A DNA stretch of 64,000 nucleotides from an uncultured delta proteobacterium. GTDB lineage: Bacteria; Desulfobacterota; Desulfomonilia; Desulfomonilales; Desulfomonilaceae. A model generated the notes under the pieces. The model made no database searches and had not been told where the DNA came from. It was given only the letters and a program-made list of their open reading frames with translations. The stretch is from positions 1,984,001 through 2,048,000 of the forward strand of contig CAWBKB010000001.1 of the NCBI GenBank assembly GCA_963789265.1. The letters run 5' to 3'. The translations under genes and the position numbers were made by a program. Positions 9,941 through 19,849 of this stretch are shown one piece after another (position 1 is the first letter of the stretch; every line of letters starts with the position of its first letter).

Positions 9941-11515
9941 ATGGCCGACGTTTTGCTAGCCATTGATTGCGGCACCCAGAGCTTGCGGTCTCTTCTGTTC
10001 ACGGCTCAAGGAGAGCTTCTGGACAGGGCCGCGGTTCAGTACGAGCCGCACTTTAGAACCAAACCGGGCTGGGCCGAGCAAGACCCTAACCTCTTCTGGC
10101 GTAGCGTTTGTGAGACGTGCCAAACCTTAAAGGCACGTTCTCCTCAAATTTTCGAGCGAATCGCCGGAATCGGGGTGACCAGCCAGCGAGATAGCATGGT
10201 GAACCTGGACGAGAAAGGCGCCCCGTTGCGCCCAGTTATCACCTGGTTGGATCAGCGCAAGGCGGACGGCGTTTACTTTCCGTCTGCGCCCATGAGATTG
10301 GCTTACCGCGTGGTCGGAATGGCAGAGGCGGTCAGCAAACTTCAGGCAGACGGCAAGTGCAACTGGATCAGGCAACACCAGCCCGAAATATGGGAGCGGA
10401 CGCACAAATACCTTCAAGTTTCAGGCTTCCTGAACTTCAAATTGACGGGCGAATTCAGGGATTCGGTTGCCTCTCAGATCGGCCACATCCCTTTCAACTA
10501 CAAGAAATTCCAATGGGCCTCAAAACATGAGTTGGCTAGCAAGCTCTTTCCCGTGGAGCCGAGTAAGCTACCGACAGTGGTCAAACCCGGGGAGTTGATC
10601 GGCGTGGTTTCCGGGGAATCTGCCTCGGAAACGGGCATCCCGGAGGGCCTACCGGTGATTGCGTGCGGGTCGGACAAGGGTTGCGAGACTATCGGCGTGG
10701 GCGTGCTGAACGAAAGTTCCGCGAGCTTGAGTTTCGGCACTACTGCAACAGTCCAAACCACCACGAGGAAATATTTTGAGCCCATTCGCTTCATGCCGGC
10801 TTACCCCGCTCTGATTCCGGGCCACTACAACCCGGAAGTAGAAATCTTCAGGGGTTACTGGATGATCACCTGGTTCAAGAACGAGTTCGCGCACAAGGAG
10901 GTCATGGAAGCGCATGACCGAGGCGTGTTGCCCGAACAGATGCTCGATGACCTTCTCCGCGAGATCCCCGCGGGCTCATCGGGGTTGCTTGTGCAGCCCT
11001 ACTGGGGCCCGGGTCTGAAACACTCTGAGGCAAAGGGGTCGATGATCGGTTTCGGTGATGTCCACAGAAGACCTCATGTGTACCGCGCCGTCATAGAAGG
11101 ACTGGGGTACGCCCTGCTGGACGGATTGGACCAGATGGAGCGAGCCGGCAAATTCCGACCCGAAAGAATCGCGGTCTCCGGCGGCGCTTCTCAGAGCAAT
11201 GAAGTCTGCGGCATTACTGCGGACATCTTCAATCTGCCCCTGTTAAAGGGGGCAACGCATGAAACAGCGGGATTGGGCGCAGCCATCGTTACGGCCGTGG
11301 GGCTCGGTATGTACCCGTCGTTTGATTCAGCCATCCAAAGCATGGTGAAGTACCGGAGGACATTCGAGCCGAACCCTCAAAATGCCGCAATCTACAGAGA
11401 ACTGTATCACCGAGTTTACCGCAAGATCTACCCTGCGCTACAACCACTGTACGAACAAATCCGAGAAATCACGGGATATCCCGAAAAGATCGGAACCAGC
11501 AGGAGAGGAGCATAG
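9941..11515 (+). CDS. FGGY-family carbohydrate kinase
   Basis: LAIDCGTQS, PGWAEQDP, ITWLDQR, LSFGTT, RAVIEG, VSGGASQS. Confidence 0.9.
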   Translation: MADVLLAIDCGTQSLRSLLFTAQGELLDRAAVQYEPHFRTKPGWAEQDPNLFWRSVCETCQTLKARSPQIFERIAGIGVTSQRDSMVNLDEKGAPLRPVITWLDQRKADGVYFPSAPMRLAYRVVGMAEAVSKLQADGKCNWIRQHQPEIWERTHKYLQVSGFLNFKLTGEFRDSVASQIGHIPFNYKKFQWASKHELASKLFPVEPSKLPTVVKPGELIGVVSGESASETGIPEGLPVIACGSDKGCETIGVGVLNESSASLSFGTTATVQTTTRKYFEPIRFMPAYPALIPGHYNPEVEIFRGYWMITWFKNEFAHKEVMEAHDRGVLPEQMLDDLLREIPAGSSGLLVQPYWGPGLKHSEAKGSMIGFGDVHRRPHVYRAVIEGLGYALLDGLDQMERAGKFRPERIAVSGGASQSNEVCGITADIFNLPLLKGATHETAGLGAAIVTAVGLGMYPSFDSAIQSMVKYRRTFEPNPQNAAIYRELYHRVYRKIYPALQPLYEQIREITGYPEKIGTSRRGA

Positions 11516-13231
11516 GTGAAGCACGGCGACGAATTCTATCCCGATTGGACCAGCGAGCCTCCAAGGGAGAGAACTTACCGCTCTATTTTTAAGTGGGGCG
11601 ATCCTAAAGGTTTCAAGCACCCCAACCCCAGACTGTATCGGCTTTTGAAAGAAAAGCTCGACATGACTGATGAAGACTTCGCGGTCAAGAAACATACTGG
11701 CGATGAAAACGTTCGTGTCAGTCAGGCGGTGCGCCTTTCACAGGAACAAATAGATGTGTTTCGACAGTTGGTAGGCAAAGAAAATGTCGAGCAGGACGAT
11801 TTCGCACGCGCCCGGTTTGGCACCGGCAAGACAACAGAAGAAGCCATGATGCTCAGGGATGAAGCAATCGGCCCGGTCGCTGATCTGGTGATTCATCCCC
11901 GTGATAAACACGATGTCTCTGCCGTGGTAACTTACTGTAACCAGGAAAAGATTCCCTTATACGTATTCGGCGGCGGCTCTTCGGTTACGCTCGGACTTCA
12001 GCCTGTCAGGGGGGGAGTCACTTTAGTAATGAGCACCCACATGAACCGGGTGGTCGAATTCAACGAGACCAATCAAACTGTCGCTGTGGAAGCGGGTATC
12101 ATGGGGCCCGATTACGAGAAGGCGCTCAACAACGCACCAGAGTTGTTCGAGGCTCGCCGTAGATATACCTGCGGCCATTTTCCTCAATCGTTCGAATATT
12201 CGACAGTCGGGGGCTGGATCGTGACGCTTGGCTCCGGCCAGGAATCATCCTATTACGGCGACGCATGCGATCTCGTGGTAAGCCAGGAATATGTGACGCC
12301 GAAGGGCTCGTTCAAGACCGCTGATTACCCGGCAGCAGCCACCGGACCCAAAGTGAACGACATCATGAAGGGGAGCGAAGGGGCGTTTGGCGTGCTTGTA
12401 GGCGCCACTCTCAGGGTGTTTCGGCAGTTGCCCGAGAACCATCAGGATTTCGGATTCATGTTTCCCAACTGGGATGCCGCACTGGATGCGGCCAGGGAGA
12501 TCAGCCAGGGGCAATTCGGCCTGCCAGCCATGTTCAGAGTCTCAGACCCTGAAGAGACCGATGTGGCCTTGAAGCTGTACGGGATAGACGGGTCGATCGT
12601 GGATAGATTTTTGCGCCTGCGCGGCCTTGAACCTGCCTCGAGGTGTCTAGGCATCGGGCGCAGCGTGGGTGAACGAAGGTTTGCGAAAAACGTGAAACGC
12701 AATGCTCGCAAGATATGTCGTCAACTCGGCGCCATGTATTTGACGGGCTATCCTGTAACACGGTGGGAGCACGGGAGGTATACCGATCCGTATATGCGCG
12801 AGGATCTGAACGATTACGGAATTGTAATCGACACTCTCGAAACCTCGGTGAGTTGGGATACGATCAACAGGGTATGGCGCGGGGTGGCCGCGTATGTGAA
12901 AAGCAGGCCGCATACTATCTGTATGACGCACGCATCCCATTTTTATCCACAAGGCACGAATCTCTACTTCATTTTCATCACAAGGACTGCGGATCTCTCC
13001 GATTACCGAAAATTTCACCGCGGCGTCATCGATCAGATTGAACGGCACGGTGGCTCGCTGAGCCATCATCACGGCGTGGGCAAAATGATGGCCCCGTGGA
13101 TGGAGCAGCATATAGGATCGGAGCAGATGGAGGTCCTCCGGGCACTCAAACGACACTTTGACCCGAACAATATCATGAATCCAGGCGGGACTTTGGGGCT
13201 GGATCTTGAGAAACTGTCTCAAAACCCTTGA
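11516..13231 (+). CDS. FAD-binding oxidoreductase, alkyl-dihydroxyacetonephosphate synthase-like
   Basis: FGGGSSV, CGHFPQSFEYSTVGGW, GSEGAFG, HASHFYPQGTNLYF, SHHHGVGK, FDPNNIMNPG. Confidence 0.85.
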   Translation: MKHGDEFYPDWTSEPPRERTYRSIFKWGDPKGFKHPNPRLYRLLKEKLDMTDEDFAVKKHTGDENVRVSQAVRLSQEQIDVFRQLVGKENVEQDDFARARFGTGKTTEEAMMLRDEAIGPVADLVIHPRDKHDVSAVVTYCNQEKIPLYVFGGGSSVTLGLQPVRGGVTLVMSTHMNRVVEFNETNQTVAVEAGIMGPDYEKALNNAPELFEARRRYTCGHFPQSFEYSTVGGWIVTLGSGQESSYYGDACDLVVSQEYVTPKGSFKTADYPAAATGPKVNDIMKGSEGAFGVLVGATLRVFRQLPENHQDFGFMFPNWDAALDAAREISQGQFGLPAMFRVSDPEETDVALKLYGIDGSIVDRFLRLRGLEPASRCLGIGRSVGERRFAKNVKRNARKICRQLGAMYLTGYPVTRWEHGRYTDPYMREDLNDYGIVIDTLETSVSWDTINRVWRGVAAYVKSRPHTICMTHASHFYPQGTNLYFIFITRTADLSDYRKFHRGVIDQIERHGGSLSHHHGVGKMMAPWMEQHIGSEQMEVLRALKRHFDPNNIMNPGGTLGLDLEKLSQNP

Positions 13232-13419
13232 ACCGAGCTAAATCGTAACACGAAATCCCCTCACCCTTTCCCTCTCCCAAAGGGCGAGGGGACTCAAAGA
13301 GCCGCTTTGGTGCCCCAACCCTCTCCCTCTGGGAGAGGGTTGGGGTGAGGGCAACGAAATTCACACCACGCCTATCGTGCCACGATTCTGCGCATCAAAA
13401 TCGTTTTGAGACAGCCTCT
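13209..13419. mobile_element. MITE-like element with 17-bp TIRs overlapping the oxidoreductase 3' end
   Basis: AGAAACTGTCTCAAAAC (13209-13225) ... GTTTTGAGACAGCCTCT (13403-13419), 2 mismatches. Internal CCCTCTCCC..GGGAGAGGG hairpins. Confidence 0.65.
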
Positions 13420-13576
13420 TTAGCGTGGTGTTGCAGAACCATTTTATGTTTCGTGACTGCCGAGGATAGGGCCGGCACCACGGAACGACTGCCCTTAGAT
13501 CCGCCGGAAACAACGGTCGTTCCTGCCTTTGGTACTAATCGCACATTTGAGGCCGCCTTGAAGTTGGCGTCTTGGC

Positions 13577-14125
13577 CTACAGAGGCTCGATCTTGGTGAA
13601 TGGGTCCATTCTTACAATCACGCTCTGATTGAACATCCGAACCGACAGGGCTAGTTGCCGCTCTGCTCGGCGCTGGACAACCACGCCTTCGGTTCCCTCC
13701 AGCGGGCCGGAAAGAATCAATACTCGCCTCCCGGGAACCAGTCCGGGCTTCACCAGCAGATCCTCGCCCGTCTCGATTGCTCGTGCGATAGCATGCAGTT
13801 CGCTTACGAACCTCTCCTGGTCTTCAACCTTGATGATCCGCACCAGCTTCTTACTGTCATAGAGCAAGTTGTGCTTTTCCCGATCAAGAGCAAAACAGAG
13901 ATAGCCACTGAATAGGGGTGCTTGAATTGTTCGAATCCTGCGCCAGTATCCCACCTTCTTCTTGCGCTGATACAGGGGCAGGTAATAGCTGATATTACGA
14001 TTCAAGAGATATGTGGCTACCTGCCTTTCACAATTGGGCTTGACGTGCATTACCCACCACGCGCCTAAATCTTCATCCAGAGGCCGATCTTCCGGATACC
14101 TGGCTTTTACCGTTTCTTTGACCAT
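13577..14125 (-). CDS. Specialised NusG paralog (RfaH/UpxY/LoaP-like antiterminator)
   Basis: WWVMHVKPNCE, YLPL, PLFSGYL (NGN domain); PGRRVLILSGPLEGTEGVV (KOW). Confidence 0.85.
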   Translation of the reverse strand: MVKETVKARYPEDRPLDEDLGAWWVMHVKPNCERQVATYLLNRNISYYLPLYQRKKKVGYWRRIRTIQAPLFSGYLCFALDREKHNLLYDSKKLVRIIKVEDQERFVSELHAIARAIETGEDLLVKPGLVPGRRVLILSGPLEGTEGVVVQRRAERQLALSVRMFNQSVIVRMDPFTKIEPL

Positions 14126-14206
14126 TAACTCGGTTTTCCTATGACAGACTAACGAAGCAACCCCGACCCGCGGTGGTCGGATCTTACATCAGTATGCCGT
14201 GATTGC

Positions 14207-15622
14207 TCAATTGTAGAGCGCTTTCGAGATAGACAACTCCATCTGGGTCGCGCTTCTCCATCTTTTTGCAGGTTCTTTTTCCAGGCATTTGAGAATCATG
14301 GCGTCCAACCAGGCTGGAATTGTGAACTTGTGCACTCTTGGCGGAACCGGAAATGTCTTCAGATGAGCAAAACCATATTCGTCCGTATTTGAGGCCGAGA
14401 AAGGCGATTTGCCCGTCAATAACCTGTAAAGCAAAACACCCACTCCATAGATGTCCACGGAAAAGGCGTTAAGTGATTTGGGCTCCAGTAGAAAAGCTTC
14501 AGGAGCGAGGCACGAAGGGTCAACCGCAGGTTCTTCCGAAAGTCGGCGCCTGTGGCCGCGAAGGTCAATCAAAGATTGCAGGACCCCGCAATCCATAAGC
14601 TTCACCACTTTCTTCCGGTCATCAAAGAGGAATGAGGAAAGCTGGAGGCTGAGGTGTGGCAGCCGTCGCACAACACCGTCTGTTCCGCGATGCAGGTGAG
14701 AATAGCCGACACTGTTCAGGATCTGGGGTAGCAATTCCATGATCATATCGAGGGACAAGCCCTCCGGCTCCTGCCGAACAAGTGTCTCCAGGCTCATGGA
14801 ACCATATTCGTGAACGAGTGCCTGATGCCCTTGCAAGCTCGCCGATCCGTAAACCTTTATGACGTTTGGATCAACCATTGTTGATTGATATTGGATTATT
14901 CTCTGGAGCATTAGACCGAGATCCGCACCCTCGGCCACACAAGAGTCAAACACTCTAAGGGACAAGTTAGGGCCTTTATCATCCGCGGATCCGATCTCAT
15001 ATAGGGCAGCATGTGGGGCTGCTGCAATGATGCGGTTAAGTTCGTAATTCTCTCCGTCAACACCCGTGAGGGTCCCGGGCAACAATGAAAATTGTTCAAC
15101 ACGCATTCCCACCAGCTTGAGCCAGTCTGCGGACACGCGGGAGTGCGTCGGCACAGCGTCCTCAGATGGGGTCTGAAGCGGGCCGTTTGGCAGCTCGACT
15201 GCTTTTGGTGAAAACGCGCTCGCGGCTGAACCAAGACCTTCGCCTATGATCTCTTGTGCTGGAACAGGGGAGTTGCCTGGCGGAGATTCGCCTCTGGTGC
15301 TGGTTGCGCGGGATCTGGCGACTTCAGTCCCACATGCGGGGCAGCGATGGAAAGGATGCGGGTGCATGTGGCTGCAAACCGGGCAATGGTACAACGACTT
15401 TAAGAACCGTTTTTCTTCATGGATTTCTGCTTCTTCAACGATCCTGTTTCGGGTGAAATATTGCTCCTTGGTTATGACTCCTTCGTTCATGAGTTTCTTA
15501 ATGATGACAACCATTTGATTGGGTTTAAGCTGGTGCTTCGCGAGCAAATCTCGGTCCTTCACTCCGCGACAGTAGTCCGCAACAAATTCCCGAATATCAA
15601 CCTTGACACTCATCCTTCGCAC
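14207..15622 (-). CDS. Ser/Thr kinase-fold protein (probable pseudokinase) with N-terminal helical domain and zinc ribbon
   Basis: C-lobe motifs LAPE, DIYGVGVLLYRLLTGKSPF, ILKCLEKEPAKRW; CPVC...CPACG; catalytic motifs degenerate. Confidence 0.8.
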   Translation of the reverse strand: MRRMSVKVDIREFVADYCRGVKDRDLLAKHQLKPNQMVVIIKKLMNEGVITKEQYFTRNRIVEEAEIHEEKRFLKSLYHCPVCSHMHPHPFHRCPACGTEVARSRATSTRGESPPGNSPVPAQEIIGEGLGSAASAFSPKAVELPNGPLQTPSEDAVPTHSRVSADWLKLVGMRVEQFSLLPGTLTGVDGENYELNRIIAAAPHAALYEIGSADDKGPNLSLRVFDSCVAEGADLGLMLQRIIQYQSTMVDPNVIKVYGSASLQGHQALVHEYGSMSLETLVRQEPEGLSLDMIMELLPQILNSVGYSHLHRGTDGVVRRLPHLSLQLSSFLFDDRKKVVKLMDCGVLQSLIDLRGHRRRLSEEPAVDPSCLAPEAFLLEPKSLNAFSVDIYGVGVLLYRLLTGKSPFSASNTDEYGFAHLKTFPVPPRVHKFTIPAWLDAMILKCLEKEPAKRWRSATQMELSISKALYN

Positions 15623-15690
15623 CTGCAGCGTGTCGGAGCCCTAACCACGCGAGGAGAACCTGGTCCTTGGGATTTCAACCGCCGGCATCT

Positions 15691-15960
15691 CTAGTGCCCG
15701 CGAAGCTGATGCTCCCACCATTGGATATCCGAATGAACAAGACCTGACGTATCATTTGACTTTAGGATATCATCTATCCACGCCAGAGATTCATCCGGAG
15801 TGTGGCTGTAAATCCTATCCCATGCTTTTCCTCCGGCAATCCCGAAAAGCAGAACCGTCACCACAGCGTTCGCGAAGTCTTCGGGAACCTCTCCCGGAAT
15901 GTGCAACCGGCGCTCAGAGGCCATCATCTTCATCCTGACAATCTTCGATGAAATAGCCAA
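15691..15960 (-). CDS. Small hypothetical protein
   Basis: 89-aa ORF co-oriented just upstream of the kinase-like gene; no recognised motif. Confidence 0.45.
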   Translation of the reverse strand: MAISSKIVRMKMMASERRLHIPGEVPEDFANAVVTVLLFGIAGGKAWDRIYSHTPDESLAWIDDILKSNDTSGLVHSDIQWWEHQLRGH

Positions 15961-16563
15961 CTATACTGTGCGACGATCAGGGAACTCCAAATGTAATCCC
16001 CCTCCTTACCAGCCAAAAGAAATTTTTGACAAAGGACGCAATTCCCCTTCCCCTGCCCGGCGTCAGCAGTCAAACGACGGTCCACAGCCGACGAGCTTGT
16101 GAAGCCGCTCCGGAAAGGGCCCTCCTTCCAATGGACCCGGCGAGCACCGTGTGATGAAACCATCTCGGGGAACGCTCCGCAGTGTTCGCGAGCACTTGCG
16201 CCTTACGTTCCTTCATATAATAATGCACTGAGACCTCTTTTCACAAGAGATGCTGCTAGGTGGCATCATAATTCGAGGAGGCCCGAGCAGAGAGAAAGGG
16301 TAGCGGGAGAAACAAAATTGCGATTATTTCGCCGGAAAAATGATTCACCACCCGGTTTTCGGTTCACCGGCTTCGCACTTCCTCTACCACTCTTCTTCGA
16401 AAAATAACCCGCTTGTCAATATTCGATCAAGATGATAACCTGCACTATGTCACGTTTTGCTGCAAAGATCTCTCATTTCGAGTTATAGCATTTCACGTCA
16501 AGAATGTTGGCCGCGCCTTGGGTAAGGTCTCAAACTTTCGGAGCATTTTCAAAGGAGAATGTC

Positions 16564-17622
16564 ATGGGTATATGGGATTTTGTAAAAGAGGAACTCATAG
16601 AGGTAATCTCCTGGCTGGATGACACGGAAGATACCCTCGTGTGGCGTTTTCCGCACGAGGGTCGCGAGATAAAGATGGGTGCCAGGCTTACCGTGAGAGA
16701 GGCTCAGGCCGCGGTCCTAGTCAATGAAGGGCAGCTTGCGGACGTCTTCACTCCCGGGCTTTACACTTTGACCACGCAGAACATGCCTGTGCTGACCAGA
16801 CTGCGATCCTGGAAGTACGGGTTTGAGTCACCATTCAAAGTAGACGTATATTTTGTGAGCACTCGCAATTTCCTCGATCTGAAGTGGGGAACCCAGAACC
16901 CCATCATGATGCGGGATGCTGACATGGGTGTAGTTCGACTAAGGGCTTTCGGCACTTACAACATCCGCGTAACGCAGCCCGGTACATTCATCAAACAGGT
17001 AGTAGGAACTGACGGGTGCTATACCACTGAGGAAATCGAAGGACAACTTCGAAGTATGCTGGTATCGGCTTTCAGCGGTATGCTCGGCTCATCCAAGATC
17101 GCTGCTCTGGATCTGGCCGCAAATTATGGAAGCATGGGAGACCAGGCCAAGACCTCCATGCAGCCGAATTTTCAAAATTACGGGATTTCTCTGAGCCGAT
17201 TTGTAATCGAAAATATCTCTCTCCCTCCCGAGGTCGAGAAGATGCTGGACACTCGCTCTCAGATGGGCATTGCGGGGGACATGGGTCGTTTCACGCAATT
17301 CCAGACGGCCCAGGCAATCCCTGAAGCGGCGCGTTCAGGCGGAGCGGGAGGATTTACCGGAATGGGGGTCGGCGTGGCAATGGGTCAACAGATGGCCGGC
17401 GCGATGGCAGCAGGCCTCTCACAGTCAAAAGCGGAGTCTCCGTCCACTCCTCAGCCTCAGGCCCAGGGGAAATTTTGTGGCCAGTGCGGAAAGCCGGTAG
17501 GTGCGGATGCGAAGTTCTGCCCTGAATGTGGGGCTCCACAGAGTGCCAATTGCCCTAAGTGCGGAAAGACCAATACCTCGGACGCACGATTCTGTCAGGA
17601 GTGCGGAGAGAAGTTGAAATAG
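16564..17622 (+). CDS. SPFH/Band-7-like (YdjI-type) protein with C-terminal double zinc ribbon
   Basis: AAGGAG RBS before ATG 16564; LTVREAQAAV, FESPFK, KWGTQNPI, IENISLPPEV; C-terminal CxxC repeats. Confidence 0.85.
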   Translation: MGIWDFVKEELIEVISWLDDTEDTLVWRFPHEGREIKMGARLTVREAQAAVLVNEGQLADVFTPGLYTLTTQNMPVLTRLRSWKYGFESPFKVDVYFVSTRNFLDLKWGTQNPIMMRDADMGVVRLRAFGTYNIRVTQPGTFIKQVVGTDGCYTTEEIEGQLRSMLVSAFSGMLGSSKIAALDLAANYGSMGDQAKTSMQPNFQNYGISLSRFVIENISLPPEVEKMLDTRSQMGIAGDMGRFTQFQTAQAIPEAARSGGAGGFTGMGVGVAMGQQMAGAMAAGLSQSKAESPSTPQPQAQGKFCGQCGKPVGADAKFCPECGAPQSANCPKCGKTNTSDARFCQECGEKLK

Positions 17623-17630
17623 GCCGGGCT

Positions 17631-18326
17631 TCACAATAAGGGCAGAAGCGGACACTGTTCACAAAGAGGTTTTTTCTTACAGTAGTGATGCCCCGCATCC
17701 ACCAGTTGCGCATGAAAGTCATTGAATAGTGTCACATCCGAGGGCAAGTTCGTCTCGAATAGCTGCCTAATGGTGTCGTAATCGGCATTTTCGGTCACGA
17801 GACCGTGACGGTAGAAGATTCTTTTGGTGTAGGCGTCCACGACAAAGATTGGCTTGCCGGCGGCATAGAGAATGATGCTGTCCGCGGTCTCTTTTCCGAT
17901 GCCCTTTATGGAAAGCAATTCCGCTCGCAACAGAACAATCAGTTTGGAAAAGAGCGATTCCAAATCCCCGCCATGTTTTTCCACGAGATGATTTACAAAA
18001 TTCCGCAGTCGTAGCGCTTTCACATTGTAATAACCTGCGGGTCTGATGATTTCCGAAAGCTCCTCGTGAGCGGTACGATATATCGTGAACGGATCGAGCA
18101 CACCTGCGGCTTTGAGATTGCCGATGGCCTTTGCCACATTATTCCATGATGTATTTTGAGTCAGCACTGCTCCGACGCACACTTCGAATGGAGAGTTTGC
18201 GGGCCACCAGTTTCGGGGGCCGAAACGTTCGCGCAGTGCTCGGTACATTTGCATCAAGAGAGTTCGAGTGGCGGCCTTCTTTATGGGCGGCCTATCCTGG
18301 TAGGTTCGCAGAGCAACCTGCTTCAT
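17631..18326 (-). CDS. Endonuclease III-related HhH-GPD protein
   Basis: WWPANSPFEVCVGAVLTQNTSW, LLSIKGIGKETADSI, VVDAY, CKKKPLCEQCPL. Confidence 0.9.
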   Translation of the reverse strand: MKQVALRTYQDRPPIKKAATRTLLMQMYRALRERFGPRNWWPANSPFEVCVGAVLTQNTSWNNVAKAIGNLKAAGVLDPFTIYRTAHEELSEIIRPAGYYNVKALRLRNFVNHLVEKHGGDLESLFSKLIVLLRAELLSIKGIGKETADSIILYAAGKPIFVVDAYTKRIFYRHGLVTENADYDTIRQLFETNLPSDVTLFNDFHAQLVDAGHHYCKKKPLCEQCPLLPLL

Positions 18327-18420
18327 ACCGTAACACTTTGCCTTGCTTGTGGATGTAATCGGGTAGTTTACAATAATTACCGGCTCTGAATTCGACTGTC
18401 AACTTAGGACGCCTTCAGAC

Positions 18421-18558
18421 AGTGTCCTAATTTGGGACACATTGGGCGGTCTCTACAAACCGTTACCCCGGACATCGATCTGTGGTCCAGTCCCGCGGAA
18501 CTCGGGATGGATTCCGGCGTTCGCCGGAATGACGGCCAGTAAATTAAATTAGGACACT
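18421..18558. mobile_element. MITE-like element with 13-bp perfect TIRs
   Basis: AGTGTCCTAATTT ... AAATTAGGACACT enclosing the ATTCCGGCGTTCGCCGGAAT hairpin. Confidence 0.65.
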
Positions 18559-18639
18559 ACCCACCTTCGATCAAAATGGACTCGACACAACCGTTTTGGT
18601 ATAAAGAGGGTTCCTCCAATTCATTTCGGAGTTTGTATC

Positions 18640-19218
18640 GTGCTTCACATGCAGGTGCTTGTTCTTGCGCTGATGCCGCTCTTATCCGGCGTTGTTCCCC
18701 ATGGCGGCGAAATGGTTTCCCCTCTGGAACTGTTGGGAATTGAAAACCGCATTACATCCGACTTCATGGCCGGGACCTGGAAGTCCTCCGATGAATTTTT
18801 TCGATGGGGCGTGACCGACAAGGAAAAGGCGAAAGTAAGGTCTTTCAGGGGGCACGCGTTTATGGCGCTGCATAAGGACGGTGCCATGCGCATGATTAAT
18901 CTCTTCAGGCCGTCCGAAGGGCGATGGGACATTTCACCTGATGGGGTAGTAATCTTCGATCCCCGGCATTTCGAACGCGGGTCCCAGCTATTACCTGTGA
19001 AGAAACGGGATAAGGATAGGATTTGGCTCCTGCTTCCCTTCGCGGGAGGAGCCACGGGAATCGGTATGGTCCGGGTACCTGATGGGGAGATGCCCTCCGC
19101 CGACACGCACGTAGTCACGGATCAGAAGAAACGCACGAAGAATTTGTATCGCGGCCGTGTTCCCGTCAGAGAAAAGCCTGAAACCCCGACCACGCCCAGC
19201 GACGGGCCCAAGACCTAG
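18640..19218 (+). CDS. Hypothetical exported protein
   Basis: Hydrophobic N-terminus; GTW and GRW motifs reminiscent of lipocalin-like beta proteins. Confidence 0.6.
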   Translation: MLHMQVLVLALMPLLSGVVPHGGEMVSPLELLGIENRITSDFMAGTWKSSDEFFRWGVTDKEKAKVRSFRGHAFMALHKDGAMRMINLFRPSEGRWDISPDGVVIFDPRHFERGSQLLPVKKRDKDRIWLLLPFAGGATGIGMVRVPDGEMPSADTHVVTDQKKRTKNLYRGRVPVREKPETPTTPSDGPKT

Positions 19219-19260
19219 GAGCCTGACCGTGGGCAATCCACGAACGTGGTCCGAGCCCTG

Positions 19261-19788
19261 TTATGGGAATGAGTTGTTAGTAGACTTGGGGGACGATTTT
19301 GAACCTAACCCACGACGACATTTAAGCTGCCGATCTTTTTCCAAGATTCTCATCAGGGCTGCTCTCAAATCCTCGTCTTTAATCGGCTCCAGCACCTGGC
19401 GCACCATTCTGGTATCCTTCTCGGTAGGGGGCGACGGGGCGTCCGCTTGAGGCTCGGGAGGTTTTGCTCGCGCCCAGGAACGCTGGTGAAATCGGATGTC
19501 GGTGATTGCCGCAACACGTTTCGGGAGGCAGGAGTTGATCTTTTCGAGAAGCACGTTCTTTATCGCGGCAATTTCGTTCATCCAGACGGAAGAGTCCACG
19601 GCCACGTAGAGTGTCGAGCCAACAAGCTTCTCCGCCTGAGCGTGGGTTGACACGGGGGCTTCGACAATCTTGGGCCACAACTGAATCACATTGTGGCGGG
19701 AAAGAGCAGATTGCAGTCCAAGACTGTTAAGAACTTTCCGAAGGGCTGCTCCTGCTGCTACCGGCTTGCTGTGAATGCGATATTTCAT
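19261..19788 (-). CDS. dciA: DUF721/DciA family protein
   Basis: LWPKIV...THAQAEKLVGSTLYVAVDSSVWMNEI...LLEKIN...ITDIRF. Confidence 0.8.
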   Translation of the reverse strand: MKYRIHSKPVAAGAALRKVLNSLGLQSALSRHNVIQLWPKIVEAPVSTHAQAEKLVGSTLYVAVDSSVWMNEIAAIKNVLLEKINSCLPKRVAAITDIRFHQRSWARAKPPEPQADAPSPPTEKDTRMVRQVLEPIKDEDLRAALMRILEKDRQLKCRRGLGSKSSPKSTNNSFP

Positions 19789-19849
19789 GGCAAATGGGTG
19801 GAAGCGGCCCTGGGGCGGCGTCCGTCAGCTCGTGAAATTGTCCGAACGA

